Of a stretch of 64,000 bases of DNA, positions 25,901 through 47,800 are shown one piece after another. The stretch is from Tubulanus polymorphus (lineage: Eukaryota; Animalia; Nemertea). The stretch is taken from positions 12,532,655 through 12,596,654 of the forward strand of contig NC_134033.1 of assembly GCF_964204645.1 (NCBI RefSeq), given 5' to 3'. Numbering within the stretch: position 1 is the first letter of the stretch; each line of letters opens with the position of its first letter. The position numbers and the translations under genes are program-made. The notes under the pieces were generated by a model. That model ran no database searches and was not told the origin of the DNA. It saw nothing but the letters and a program-made list of their open reading frames with translations.

Positions 25901-27246
25901 ATTGTATAAATCAGCTGTAGTGGAAATGTATCGTAGATAAAGACTTCTAAATACCTTACATGTAACTTTTGTTTGTTTTTAAGTTAGTACAATTTCATAC
26001 ACAATAAAATAATGAAATTATTATTAAAATTTGAGAAGATAAGCTAAAAGTTAATAATTTGACATGTGAAAATAAAATGATGTAAAGAATGTAAATCAGA
26101 TTTATTACTTAATCCCACGCTTTCCAGAGTATTTGGCCAGGTTTATCTCTGGTTTTAGTGCCGGGGCCATGGACAATTGAGTCCATGGTTGTACCATAGA
26201 CTTTTTTGTTTTAGAGTCTATATTTGGACCTAGGGGCGTATAAACACTCATCTATAGTTTATACGCCTATGGTGGTTGGACTAATTGTTTTTGAACGTCC
26301 ACGTGTTTGAGGAGCTTACGTTATAATTCCTCGAGCACAAACCTGGCATTTTGTATAATTGTTGTACACTGTATGAGAATAAATATGATTTTGAAATTTG
26401 TCATTCGTTGAGTTAAGCGACAAGTGTTACCGGTACTAAAACAAAGCACTACTAAATAAAAAGACTATATGCACCAGAGAAAACCGACCAATTTACGTTT
26501 CAGATGCATTTGTTTATATCTGGCATTGCCTACACTCATTGGCAGAGGTGGTTGAATACACAGATAGCACCCCTAGTGACGATTTCTAATGAGTGCAATA
26601 GCTCATCGGACTTCGTTTTAATCATGCATAGTTCTTACACCTCTAAGTGCATAGGTCTTCGTTTCAGTAGCACATAGTTTTTAGTAACACCCCCATTTCA
26701 CTGCCCTTCTATTAAATTCACGATATGATATAAATAAGTGATGCATTCTGATGAATTCAATAGGAGAGAAAGGGATGGAGAGGGTAGTCTGTAATTCAAC
26801 GGGAAAAGTTTCAAAAGTTTGAAGAACACATGAAGATGCCAAAAGCAAGATGAGCTTAGATTATCTCACAGCAAACAAACAATCAGCATCCAGCTAAACA
26901 GTTGTCAGGATTTGATAGGCCTATAATCAATAATGAATGTGACATGTACATGTATTACAGATATATAACAGGCACATGTACCTTTAGTAAACCGAGTTCG
27001 CACGCCGATAGTAGAAGTCTTGGATTGAATCCTGCCACCCATCCTATTATATAAATACAATAACTAGCATACTCCAATAAATCTGAAAAAAACAACAAAA
27101 CATATATAGAGGCAGCAGGACCTGGTTTACGTGCTAGGACCTGATTCAAGTTCTAGGTAACATTAGGATACAGAAACTATACCAAAATTTTGCTCAATAG
27201 AGAAGATAGAGACCGCTAACCAGTCTATTTTCTGCCCGCGAAGTAG

Positions 27247-28308
27247 TAGACTGGTTGCCTGTCCCATTCAATATGGAATTGGTCAGGATGAATTTTATAA
27301 TCGATTTCTAGCCAATGTCAAAGTCAACATTGACATTGTGTGGTCCATGAGGAGAGAGGATATTGCTAATTTCCAGTGTGATCTGAGTAACTTGTCTTGA
27401 CCAAGTCTCTTAATTTGACTGTCCCAACTTGCTGTTTGTATCAGAAATCAGTAGGCCTAGGCTGAGGTGGATCCAAATATCTGATCTCACAACGCGCTGA
27501 GTAGTTCAACAATTGTAAACTTTATTCAGATATTGAATATAGTCAACTGTATTAAAACATCAATTCACTAAATACATCTCAGAAAGGATGTCCCCTGTTC
27601 CTTCAGAATGTTCTGTATTCAGTGCATCACTATGATCGCTGCCACGACCATCACGTGACGGTCGTGGCAGAGCTCACCTCGCACTAGATTTCGATCCTTG
27701 TTAGTTTGTATTCCGAGTACCAGGTAAATTATCAGCGGATTTATCTGATACTTACATTAATTAATGTCTTTCCGTCCATTGTAAAGGGCAATTTTGATAT
27801 CGCTCGAAGCTAAGCAAATTCGAAGAGACGCCATCTTAACCAGGAAGTAACTCCCTGCTACTTTACATGTTTGACCTTACATTTTGACATGCATCAAAAA
27901 TGTAAAATGGAGGATGGGCACAACCGGTCTCTAATTGAAGATAGAGACCATCCTCCCTCTGCAGGGACTCGAACCTGATGGCATCGCTACACTCAGCCAC
28001 GGCACGAACCCCTGCATCAGTAGACCGGGTGCGCAGGTACATGCGCAGCTTTCCGAACGAAAACTGGCGGCACCAATCAGATTGCTCGTTGTATAATCGT
28101 TGAGGCAAATTTCAAGGAAGAACTATAAATGGGAAAACCGGGCTAAAATAAAACGGGATTTCTGATTGGCTAAAAATCACATCATCTGAACTGCGCATGT
28201 ATCTGCGCACACGGTCGATTATGGCAGGTTTCGTGCCGTGGCAATCTCGATGCCATCAGGTTCGAATCCCTACCGGGGGAGGATGGATAGAGACCGGTAA
28301 CCAGTCTA
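27247..28308. mobile_element. Internally deleted ~1.06-kb copy of the same element family
   Basis: Begins with the same TAGACTGGTTGCCTGTCCCATTCAATATGG as 7551. About 27277-27578 duplicates ~8807-9107. Ends at the AACCAGTCTA terminus. Confidence 0.8.
27949..28285. mobile_element. MITE with long imperfect TIRs containing a tRNA-type B-box; 9-bp TSD
   Basis: CATCCTCCC...GGGAGGATG termini and ~38-bp outer TIRs. TSD GATAGAGAC at 27940-27948 and 28286-28294. GGTTCGAATCCC at 28259-28270. Confidence 0.85.
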
Positions 28309-28375
28309 CATTAATCATAGATGACAGCACTACATACCACATTCAATACAAATATATTCTATTTTGCGAATAATT

Positions 28376-28400
28376 TTGAATGGGACAGGCAACCAGTCTA
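28376..28400 (-). mobile_element. Isolated terminus of a further family member, in opposite orientation
   Basis: TTGAATGGGACAGGCAACCAGTCTA is the exact reverse complement of the first 25 nt at 7551 and 27247. Confidence 0.7.
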
Positions 28401-28419
28401 TGTAGTGCAGGTAACCAGT

Positions 28420-28659
28420 CCAAACGCAAGGTGGAGGTATAAATCCTAGCCGTCACAATCCGCGCACGCGCACTCCACTGGTTCTGAGCACCGTGTACGC
28501 ATGCGCATGATCAAATACATACCGAGAACGAGGCTCCGAACGTGGCGGATCGAAAAATCTTTGCGATAAATTATTTTTGGAGAATTTCGGGCGATATTTA
28601 TCGGATTTTAACCGGCCCGAGGCCTTTTCCATCGGACTAATAGTAGTGACTGAACGATC
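28420..28659 (+). promoter_or_regulatory. Rab6 promoter / 5' UTR region, CpG-rich, housekeeping-like
   Basis: NRF1-like motifs CGCGCACGCGCA (~28462) and ACGCATGCGCAT (~28497) upstream of the ATG. ETS motif CCGGAAGT at ~28751 in intron 1. Confidence 0.55.
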
Positions 28660-37798
<9,139 letters not shown>

Positions 37799-39308
37799 TC
37801 CTTGCTAATCCTCTCTCTCTCGACACTTAATCCATCCATGATAAATCAAGAGCTGTCTCGGCTAGATCGTCTCGCCAGTCCCGACGAATCTAAGTTGATT
37901 CAGATGGCCTAGTCCGGGTTAGTCCTTTCGCGTGGATTCGCTGTGATACGCCCTCTTTAACAAATGCCTATTCACGTCTAATCCGGATTAAGGATTATCT
38001 AATAACATGGATTAATGGATAATCTGTTGTTATATGTTGATCGTTGAACAAATTCAGCCTGTGTGACGTTGAATGTATTTTTAAAACATGACCGAGATGT
38101 TCTAAATCTGCCGACCCAGTTCAACAGTCCGCTGTTTAAAAAAAAAAGTTTTTCACTGAGCACAAAATGGCCTGAAATATACAAAACTTTTTTTCTAACT
38201 CTATCACTTTCGGTTAGAAAATGACTTAAGACTTTTTAAGACTTGTCCTAACGTGTTAGAATGTTAAATCAGGGAGGTGGGTCAAATCCAGATTTCTTAT
38301 AGGTCGATATGATGGGTATTAAATAGGATCAAGTACTGTAGTATCAAAATTCCTCCTGTTGATAATGATTCAACCAATGACCGTGGAACTGATTTGGCGC
38401 TAAAACTGAACTGAACCATCTTATCAATGTCTAAACCACTGCTCGAATGTAGCTCCGTTCATTGGTCTAGTGCAGGGACACGTTTCCTGGGGGTCAGTTT
38501 TAGTTCACAGGTTTCCTGGAGTCGTCTATATAAGACGGTAAAACCGCGTTGTACAATTGGGTCAAAATGTACTCAATAACATGTAGTCTGGATTGCTTTC
38601 TGTATCAAAATTCCTTTTTTTTTTGGTTGAATTTATTTTACTATAATTGCAGTCATAAGTTGTTGTCATCATTGATTATTAATTTATTTATAGATGTAAT
38701 AATTTATGCTAATTATTATGCAAAGTATATTTATTATGATTTCGACGTGTACTTCGAATCATTGATTGCCCAGTGGTGAATTCTGGAAAGTGGATCCAGT
38801 CCTCGGGTTAGGTAATTCGAAGACTGTCTCCAATTCTTAGAGGAGTCCATCGCAGGCCTGCCCTGTTTATAGACATTGCAGTTGTCGTTTAGAACTGGAT
38901 GAGCTGCCGTCTCTTTGTAACACTTTAAAATGACATCGTATTTGGTGCTTAAATTAGTAATGATATATACATGTATTAGGAATAGTTGTTTCAGTTCATT
39001 TGATAGAAAATTCACGTTAGGCATTTACCTTAATTAGTATAACCCGGTAAATTGAATAACTGCCATACGATACTTCCCCAAAAGAGTGCGTGTGTATGTA
39101 AATATATATTGGGTCAGTTTGGGTCGATTGGAAAAATTGGCCATCGATGAATTCGTTACTACCGTACTTTGTTATTTAAACTTTATTTTCGGTCAATTCT
39201 TTCAATTTCCGGTCATTTCTTGACTCGCTTAATTTCCACAACTCTTTATAAACGTGTTTGTGTGTGTAAAAAGTGGCTGTAGAATATATAGAAAATATTC
39301 TAAAAGTA

Positions 39309-39314
39309 AATAAA
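39309..39314 (+). terminator. Probable Rab6 polyadenylation signal
   Basis: AATAAA followed by T/GT-rich sequence ~1.5 kb downstream of the stop codon. Confidence 0.45.
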
Positions 39315-40063
39315 TATTTTATAGAAAATTATATTAATACGCATTTGTTTTTGTATTGATTTCCATTTATTTCTTCGATTTTTGCCTTGTTTTATTTGTT
39401 TTCAATCGATGCCGCTATAGTGTCGCTGCTGTGTGCATGGCTCTTGCATGTGTTATAGTTATTGTAATTGGCTGTGCAAATAGTGTTTTCTTCGCACAAT
39501 TCTGATGCCTATACGGAGTAGGAAATGTTTGGCTTTTTCACTCGCAAACTGAGACTCAATGTCTAAACTACGGAAATTGCATCCTCAATGCAGGGATTTT
39601 GATAAGCTATCGGTATGTTTAGCGGCATAATCCAACAAAAGTTTTTTCCAAGCCCTGGAGTTTTCAATCGCCAATGAATGAGCCCTTAAGAGATAAATAC
39701 CCGCCATTTTACATGCGCAAGGTATTAAAGGCTAGTTGACCGATGACCACATATCCGGATCACGCGCCAAGAGCGGATACAGATTCAGCGAGGAGTCCAG
39801 AAAACCTAAATGTAAGGGACCCCTGAAAATGTCAGCCTAGAAAATTGCGACGGGAGTGCGTGCGCCTGTCTGGATATTCTGATTATATGCGCCCCTGTTA
39901 CACACAATCCTTTTCCTACAAAGCCTGTAATAGTCTTCGTCCGTAAAATCTTGAATTTTTGAGGAGGACAACCTTGATACGTGGCCTCCTGTTATCCCCT
40001 GGCCCCCTCCATATTTTCCTAGGGGAAAATATGGAGGGGCTCGTATCAGAGTTGTAGGTAATG

Positions 40064-40199
40064 CACAGGGGCTCGTATCAGTTGTAGGTAATGCAAAAAC
40101 GATAACCTGTTAATCCACTGTCTATATATAGTATATATAAACTATAGACATTGGATTAACAGATTATCGTTTTTACATTGCTTGATACGAGCCCCTGTG
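40064..40199. repeat. Fold-back inverted repeat with ~55-bp arms
   Basis: CACAGGGGCTCGTATCA...AAAAACGATAA.CTGTTAATCCA.TGTCTATA pairs with TATAGACA.TGGATTAACAG.TTATCGTTTTT...TGATACGAGCCCCTGTG. Confidence 0.8.
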
Positions 40200-42771
40200 G
40201 ATCCACACTTGCATTTTCAAAATTGGCGCCATCAATCCTCAATTACATCTCTGACTGGACGAATTGTATGTGTTTGTTCCTTGACCCGTGTTTTATCTAG
40301 AAATCGAACTGAAGCCGAAAGATCCGACACCAGAACAGCCGGAAGCGGAAGGAGGGTGCATCTGCTGATTATTGTCAATGCTCTAAATCATTTTCATACG
40401 CTTTCACATTATCGATCAGTCGAAACTAAGATCCGTTCTCCATAACCTGCTTTCGTACTCGCCTGCCAGTGGTGGTGGCATCCGACTTAATTCCTAATAT
40501 CACAAGCCCCGTCAAATACTTAAATCAATCTTTTCTATTTAATTACTGAATATCATATATTCATAGTCTTAGCGCTTTTCTGTGTTTTTTTTTGGTATTC
40601 AAACGGTAATTCGCGCTATAGCTATGTGACGGTTCACGCTAAAAACTTGATTCTTTTTTGAAATGAAAGTCGTTTATGGAGAACGCAACAACTAACTACT
40701 ACAGTCGTAAAACGAAAACGCCCAAATCGAACCCAGATTTGTAGCCGGAATTATATTATATCAATTTCAAAGCTAGATGTATGATCCACACAACGGAATC
40801 ATTTTACTCGAATCTATTCAGCCTATACGTGCATATGATAAGATATATATATATTTACCGGTTATCATTTTTAAACCCATATAAATTTTGCGATGTTAAT
40901 TTTTGTTCGAGAGGAATTAGTAAGCCATTTTCTCACTAGGTGGTAGCGGTGAAGTAACCGTCGGCATTTTGACAACGCCATATCTGAATAATATGAATAG
41001 TATATTGTATAACTTGGTTCAAATCGATATCGATGCAGAACTTGGTATGGAACTGTCGGGCTCAATTTCAACTTTAAAGGTTACATTCCGAAGTATGTTT
41101 CGAATATGTGCTAAAAGCCATCTTTTTTTCTGAACATCAATGTCGTAAAGGATACAGAAATGCCATTTTGCGCCATGCCACTTTATAGTTTAAATGTCGA
41201 AATTTTCAGCTGGCTAAGACTTATATTCTATTAACATACATTTGTGTATAATGCTTGGTGTTGATTTATTGGTTACACACTCAGTTATGGAAATCTCACG
41301 AATTATGAGAAATCATCGAACCATTTCGAATGCTGCCACCTTGTGTTCGAATATACCACAGCCTCGAGTGCATCCCTTTGCTGCCATTTCGACGACCGCC
41401 GTCGAATGGTCACGTGTTATAACGTCACAAATCACGTTATAGTGTCACAAATCGACGGCTTTCGTTGGGATTGATTTCATCTTCTTTTTATAATTTTTTT
41501 TTTTAGTTTTGAGTTTCGAGTTCATGTCGTATGCAAATCAATGATTTAGAGCAGAGGTCGCTAGCACCGATGATAAAACAAAAGCTAGTCTGATATGTTG
41601 TGTTGGCGCTCAAGCGTGCCTCCTATTATATAACATTATCCGTGTATGCATTTTACCATATTTATAAATGAGTGGCTCCCTCTGGTGTCTGTTGCGCAGT
41701 CTGGCGAGCCCTGTGTTACTATAGTCTGGTGGTTGTGTCGTAAAAGTGGCACCACCGAGAGTCGTGGGTGAATTTTTGAACCTAAACGCATGAGGCTTCT
41801 GGTGTATTAAGTGGCGCCGTCTGGTGAGCCCTGTTACTACAGCGGTGCCGTCTGGTGGTGGTTAAGCCGAATATGATATAAGTGGCGCCACCTGGTGTTG
41901 ATATGAACTCAGTCGTTATGAGAGTTTGTATGTTATTATATATAGATACGAATGAGTCATCGATTGGTTGATGAAGTAGCGCCATCTAACGTGGTTTAAC
42001 GGAGTCGAGCTCTCAGGCGCTATTGAATATTAAATATATATAAATAACGTGTATGTGTGGATTTCGAATAATTATGAGTGTAATATTTTCTACAGATATA
42101 TATCAACTGCTATGAATGTAGATACATATGCATACGTACATATATATTAATTAATTAGAATGAACGTTGTAGTTTAATAAAATCGATTGATTATTGAATA
42201 TATAACAAAACGCCATTTTGAATTAGTTTAAGGTTTTTTATAAGTATATGTAGCTAATATATGAATTTTGAAGCTCTGTGTATGACCGTGTTTTGGGATG
42301 ATTGAATTTTAACTAGTAAGGAGTCGATGATATTATATTGTTCTCGTCTAGGCAAAAAGGTTTTTGTCGAAAAAATGGATGTCGAAATGTAGTTTTTTGG
42401 CTTCTAAAAGCGTAAATGTCGTAAAATACCGATTCATCTGAAAGGTTATTTCCTTATTTTAATACCAAGTCTGGTCATTTTTGATGACATGCGTTGCTTG
42501 CCTAATATATAAGTTAAATGGCTTGTTTTCTAAAAGAGAAATAGATTTTCAACCGCATTTTTATTGTACATGTATCATTGAACTGCGCATGAGAAAGTCG
42601 TTTTTGAGGTTGAAGGGTGGGTCGTCTGCCATATGTCTGGTACAATTAAGCACGTACGAACTCGAGAGTACTCGTTGCAGGTAAACAGGAATAACATCTA
42701 GGAACACTAAACATATGAATTTGATATCAAACTTTGTTGCACCCAAGACGTTGTTCCAATCAAAAAGACAC

Positions 42772-43086
42772 CATCCTCACGGGCAGGGTTTCGAATCTGA
42801 CGGCATCGCTTAACTCAGCCACTCTGCCACACTAGACCGGGTGCGCAGGTACATGCGCAGGTTTGCCAGAAGAAAACTTGCGGCACCAATCAGGTCACCC
42901 GGTTGAATAATCGTTGAGGCTTTCACGGAAAAAAACTATAAATGGAAAAAACCCTGGCTATAAAATGTCATTTCTGATTGTCTAATAATGACATCATCTA
43001 AGCTCGCACGTAACTGTGCAGTTAGTCTACGTACCATGGCGAGTCTCGATGCCATCAGGTTCGAATCCCTGCCTATATGGAGGAGG
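42772..43086. mobile_element. Second copy of the B-box MITE
   Basis: Colinear similarity to 27949-28285. Flanks AAAAGACAC / GAAAGACAC (8 of 9 match). Confidence 0.85.
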
Positions 43087-43965
43087 GAAAGACACTGGCA
43101 AAGTTAGATTTTTTTCCGTTGAATCGTTTACATAAAAACGACTGTTAGACGCGGCGGCCGTGCAACAATCGTGTTTGGTAAGCGATCAGTCACTATAGTA
43201 TAGAGGCTATACCGGTATGTTAGGAGTATGTTTAAACGATTTTTATATGTTACGCGTCTTAAAACTGTGATGATATGTTTTCAAAAATGGATGAATTAAC
43301 TATATTATAAATGAATGAATACTGCTTTCTACTCATTGTACGTTATAAGCTTACGTCGGTCTAATACCGTACATAAGTTCACTGAAGGCTTTGTAAAGGA
43401 ACCGTTTCTTTCTCATCAGAAGCTGAATTTCCTCGGGGGCGGCTCGTACGGCAATTTTATTCCAGACAATTCAGTTGTGGTTTCCAAAACACTTAATACT
43501 GTTTGTTCTATAGAAAATTATTCCCCGGAGAGATTTACAGTTACAGCGCAAACTCAGATCGCCGAGCTCATAATTTTTCTGAGGGCAGAACCATGCCCTG
43601 ATGAGAAACAAGTGATTCCCTTTACATCGTCAGATATACGCGTTGTTCGGTCACGTGCTTCGCAATGGAATATTCGTTTGGTAAATTAAATTTACTCGCA
43701 CTTAAAAAACGTTACCTAAATTGTAAGAACATATATTATATACATGTATAGTACGTATAGGATTAAACAGTTCTTATCGATTTGACCAAGTTTTGACTGA
43801 CTTCAGAAAAAGATGCACGCACAATTTGTTTGAATTGTTTCAGCGTGTGTCTAGTGTTTATCGTATTGATAGATATATTGATATTCTTGCTCGAATTTTT
43901 TTCCGGTATAATTACGTATGTGCGAAATTCGTCACGGTTAATGCACGTTACGTTGAATACATGTA

Positions 43966-44237
43966 CAGTCAAGCCCGATATACCACCAATATCGGTGAGT
44001 TTTTGACGGCGAAGGCAGTACGGCGGTATATTGGGGATTAATTTTGACTGGTTCTCAGATAAAATACAGGGGACTGTTTTGAAGACTGCTACTACCTTTG
44101 ACCCCGGGGCTAATTCAATTCATTTTCAATTAAGTTAGCCCCACGCTTGAAGGTAATACCAGTTTGTTATACCGGCCCCTAATGGATCGTTCGATCATGG
44201 TGGTATAGACTAGGTGTGGTATATCGGGAGTTGACTG
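43966..44237. mobile_element. Tc1/mariner-pogo-type MITE (short relative at 32947-33031)
   Basis: TA|CAGTCAAGCCCGATATACCAC ... GTGGTATATCGGGAGTTGACTG|TA. Confidence 0.8.
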
Positions 44238-44662
44238 TACAATTTCGATCATCTTGAATTTTAATCTAAAACAACGAAACTACGGCAAAAGAAAGTGTTT
44301 CCGACGTGGGTCGGTAGTACATCCTGCTGGACCCTGGATCTATCAGATTCTTTATCAGATCCATCAGATACTTTATATCACCACCATTCAGCAAATTTTT
44401 GATCGTCCATGCGTCGGTCGTCAGTACTTCGCTTGAAAAATTCTTAACTCATTTGGGCTTCAAACACCAGACATATATCAATGCCTATAGGTTGTTTTAT
44501 AAGCACTCTCACTAAAGTGGTGAAGGATTTACTGAACTTTTAAAACAACTGCCTTCATTTGATACAATAATGTGTATTTGACAATCGCAAGTGACTGGCC
44601 TTAGTTCGGAATCTAATCACAGACTATACCAAACTACGGCGTAGACCACATTCGTCTATCAG

Positions 44663-44804
44663 GGGCCGGTTCCATAGTCAGAGCTTTCAATTAACACCAA
44701 TCTACGACCATCTTAGTTCTATAGCCAATCTAACAATTTAAGACGAGTCATCAGATTTTGAGGACCATGACTTGGACTTAAGACTCTACCGTGGAATTAG
44801 CCCC
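44663..44804. mobile_element. PIF/Harbinger-type MITE
   Basis: GGGCCGGTTCCATAG ... CCGTGGAATTAGCCCC termini. Related fragments are scattered at ~1490, 9820, 11300, 11590 and 37030. Confidence 0.5.
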
Positions 44805-47800
44805 CGGATTCTTAACTTTGCATATCGAATATACGGAGCTGAATATCGAAGAAAAAAAACTAAACATTAGGGCTGTAAGAGAATGTATGGTTAGATTTTG
44901 TAAACGCTCATCACGCTCATAAATGCTGAAATTCTGACCAATAATTAGAATTATTTGTTTCATATTCAATTGCTTGTTCGTTGTTGCGTTGGCATGGTGA
45001 TATGTAAAGGTTGGATCTTTTTATCTAGTTTTTTTTGTTCGTTTTTCAATCAGCCTCTTTTTGGCGTTCGAAACAGTTCATGGTTTAAAAATGAATGATA
45101 ATCTATCCAACAAAACTTAGAGAACAAAATAATGATCATTAATACTGTAATAAAACATCGTGTAGAGATGATCGTTGTATCGCAAAGAATTGCAACGAAA
45201 ACGACTATTTGTTTTTAATGAATGTGCTGCCAAAGTGTCAACATGGTTCCTTTATTCTGTGAGAATAAAATATTGAGATTAATGGGAAATGGTCGACTTC
45301 TTTCTTTTTTGTTGTTGTTTTCAAATCGCTTTTTGGAACATACACTAGCTTGAGTTCGAAACCCAATTTTCTTATAAGATCGTACGCGCCACCCGTCACG
45401 GTGACCTTGAAACGTAATTTCCGGTAGTAATCGATCGGAGCGCCGCCTTCAGTCGATCCGACGAAATAGAAAGAAGCATCATCGACAAATAAATCACGAA
45501 TTTGACAAAGTTGCATGAACGAATTTTTAGAATATTCATAGGTAGCTGATAAATCAAGTGAATACAGACTCAGTCGGATTCTATCAAAGCGGACCATTGG
45601 GGATCGACTCGGATGTTTTTGAAATATCTTCTGTGACACAAAATACAAGAATACATTACATCCGACTCAGATATTACTCGAGTCGGACTCATTTTTAAGG
45701 TCCCAAAAGATCCAACTTTAGAGAAGTCTACTTATCATTTGGTCCAGTGTGTCATCTTCATGATTTTTCCCTCCAAGCATAAAGTGACATTAAATTTGGG
45801 AAATTTTGACGGTTCGTATTAAGCGTTCTACTTAGAAAAACAACATGAAAAATTATCTACGGTTATTTCTGTCTTTTTGGCATCGTGTATTGTGTATATT
45901 GTGTTTGGTGTCGCCTCACATGAATAATGGGCAAGTCACATACACACAAGTAAATCTAAATATATTGTGCATTTTTATTTCAACCGGCGCTACTGTGTAC
46001 TGAGAAAAAAAAGTCGCATTACGATATAAATATATGCGGCATTGTCCTACAAGTGTCAGACGTTTACTACCGTTCAAAAATAATACGAATTTACCCCCGC
46101 AGATACGAGAACAATATAAAACGTCTCGACAAAATCCGATTCCGCGACAGTGGATCAGGGCTTAGGCGTAACGTATAGGCTACACGATTAATCTGGGTTT
46201 CTGTTGGCACAGTTTTTGATCTAGTGAATACAAAGAATCTAATAGAGCTGTATCACTGGAATTCTTGAGCCTTCGTTGGGGTGTTGCTGCTCAAACATAC
46301 TTAGAGTCGCGCCTCTAAAGGACGCCTACGCATGTTATTTCTCGAGAGAAATTTACTGTCAACAGGCTGCTGCATGCGTCTTAATGGTATACGCTGAATG
46401 TTGTTTTTGGATTTACACTTTTAGCGACAGAATCGCACGTAAGTATCTCTCCTCAACTAACGAACAGAGACATGAGATAACTTTTCGGAGAATGAATCTA
46501 GTTACAAGATGCATATCATCATGCGAGTTGTACGTCCTGTGATTTAAGATTTTCCTACATTAAACATTTCAAATGTCTGTCCCAAAGGTACAAACTGTAG
46601 ATTTGTAGATACTGATGTTTAACGAATTTTCACTACAACTTTTTAAGCAGGCAGTGGCCCTTCTCATTGCCATATTTGCGGCTCTGAATCACACGCTATA
46701 GCTCATCAAAAAGTGTACATATCTAGGTGACACCGATTCTTTTTGACCCGGTTTCGAAAATTCTAAAAATACCAACTCACATCTGATTGATACGGTCTAT
46801 TGTCGACGTGAGTTACGTAGTCTATTATTACGAGAATTCTTGGTCGTTTTGTGGCGTCCATGATCGGGTTCTTGAAACGTGCGCGGAGAGAATAAGGGCC
46901 GATGACAACCGTCGCATTCCGATGAAACGCGACACGGGTATACGTACAATCAGTCACTAGTTACATTCGTCGGTAGCATCTGGGAACATACGTAGATTTT
47001 GATGATGAAATCAGCGATCATCCGAATGATGATACTATGTTTCTCTATGTATCAGCCCGCTATTAACATTAATTATCTAGCAAACGAAGCATTAGGCAAG
47101 AATTACGTATTCGTTATCAAATAATGCCATTTGGTGTCAATTTTTCTGCATAGACGATTGATCTATTGCGGCATATAATATGTAATGTTAGATGGTCTAG
47201 TTCCCTCCATCTCGTCCGACTCTATCGCCACTCCGTGCGTGTCTATGCGCTACATAGATAGTTAGGATAATGACTGCTCTATTAGTTTGTATTTAGAGAG
47301 AGTTGTCGTGCTTTTTGGCGACGACGGAAAAACAATATTGTATAACCCATGTGATCGCTAGCTCGTGTTATAGTTTCGTGTGCGGTTTGGCAGTGTTAAT
47401 AGCTGATTGGTGTTTGATGCCTCGCATTGCCCAGGCGCTTCCGAGTCGGGGACTATATTAGAGACAATTCACCTTGAATGGTTTCGAGCCTTTCGTTTTG
47501 TAAGTAGATTATCTTTATCGTTGTGGGGTTATAAGTATATGCAATATTTTTGAAAAATAGTTTTCATTCAAAAGCTCGACTGGAAAAAGCCTTCGTTGAT
47601 CAGTCGATGACCTGAAAATTTCAAAAAACAAATTTGGGGAAAATGAAACGACATATTAATGAGAATTGAGGGAAACGAATTTGAAGCAATTAGGGGGTAG
47701 TGCAGTTTATAGACTGGATCTTATCTTAACAACTGACGATGATTTTTCAAAAATAATTTCTACAATCGATGCCTTTAGATTTTAGACCGAGAAATCGGGG

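Larger units (their letters stand above)
7551..28308. mobile_element. ~20.8-kb composite, non-autonomous DNA-transposon-like unit with cargo (9-bp TSD; Academ/AcademH-like or MuDR-like)
   Basis: Termini TAGACTGGTT (7551) and AACCAGTCTA (28299-28308). Perfect flanking 9-mer CATTAATCA at 7542-7550 and 28309-28317. Imperfect ~55-bp inverted ends with hairpins. Additional internal ends at 27227 and 27247. No transposase recognised. Confidence 0.75.

Noticed and set aside
7551-28400. Pairing 7551 or 27247 with the perfect 25-bp inverted copy at 28376-28400 as the element boundary
   Set aside because: No target duplication flanks that pairing, whereas 7551/28308 has an exact 9-bp TSD.
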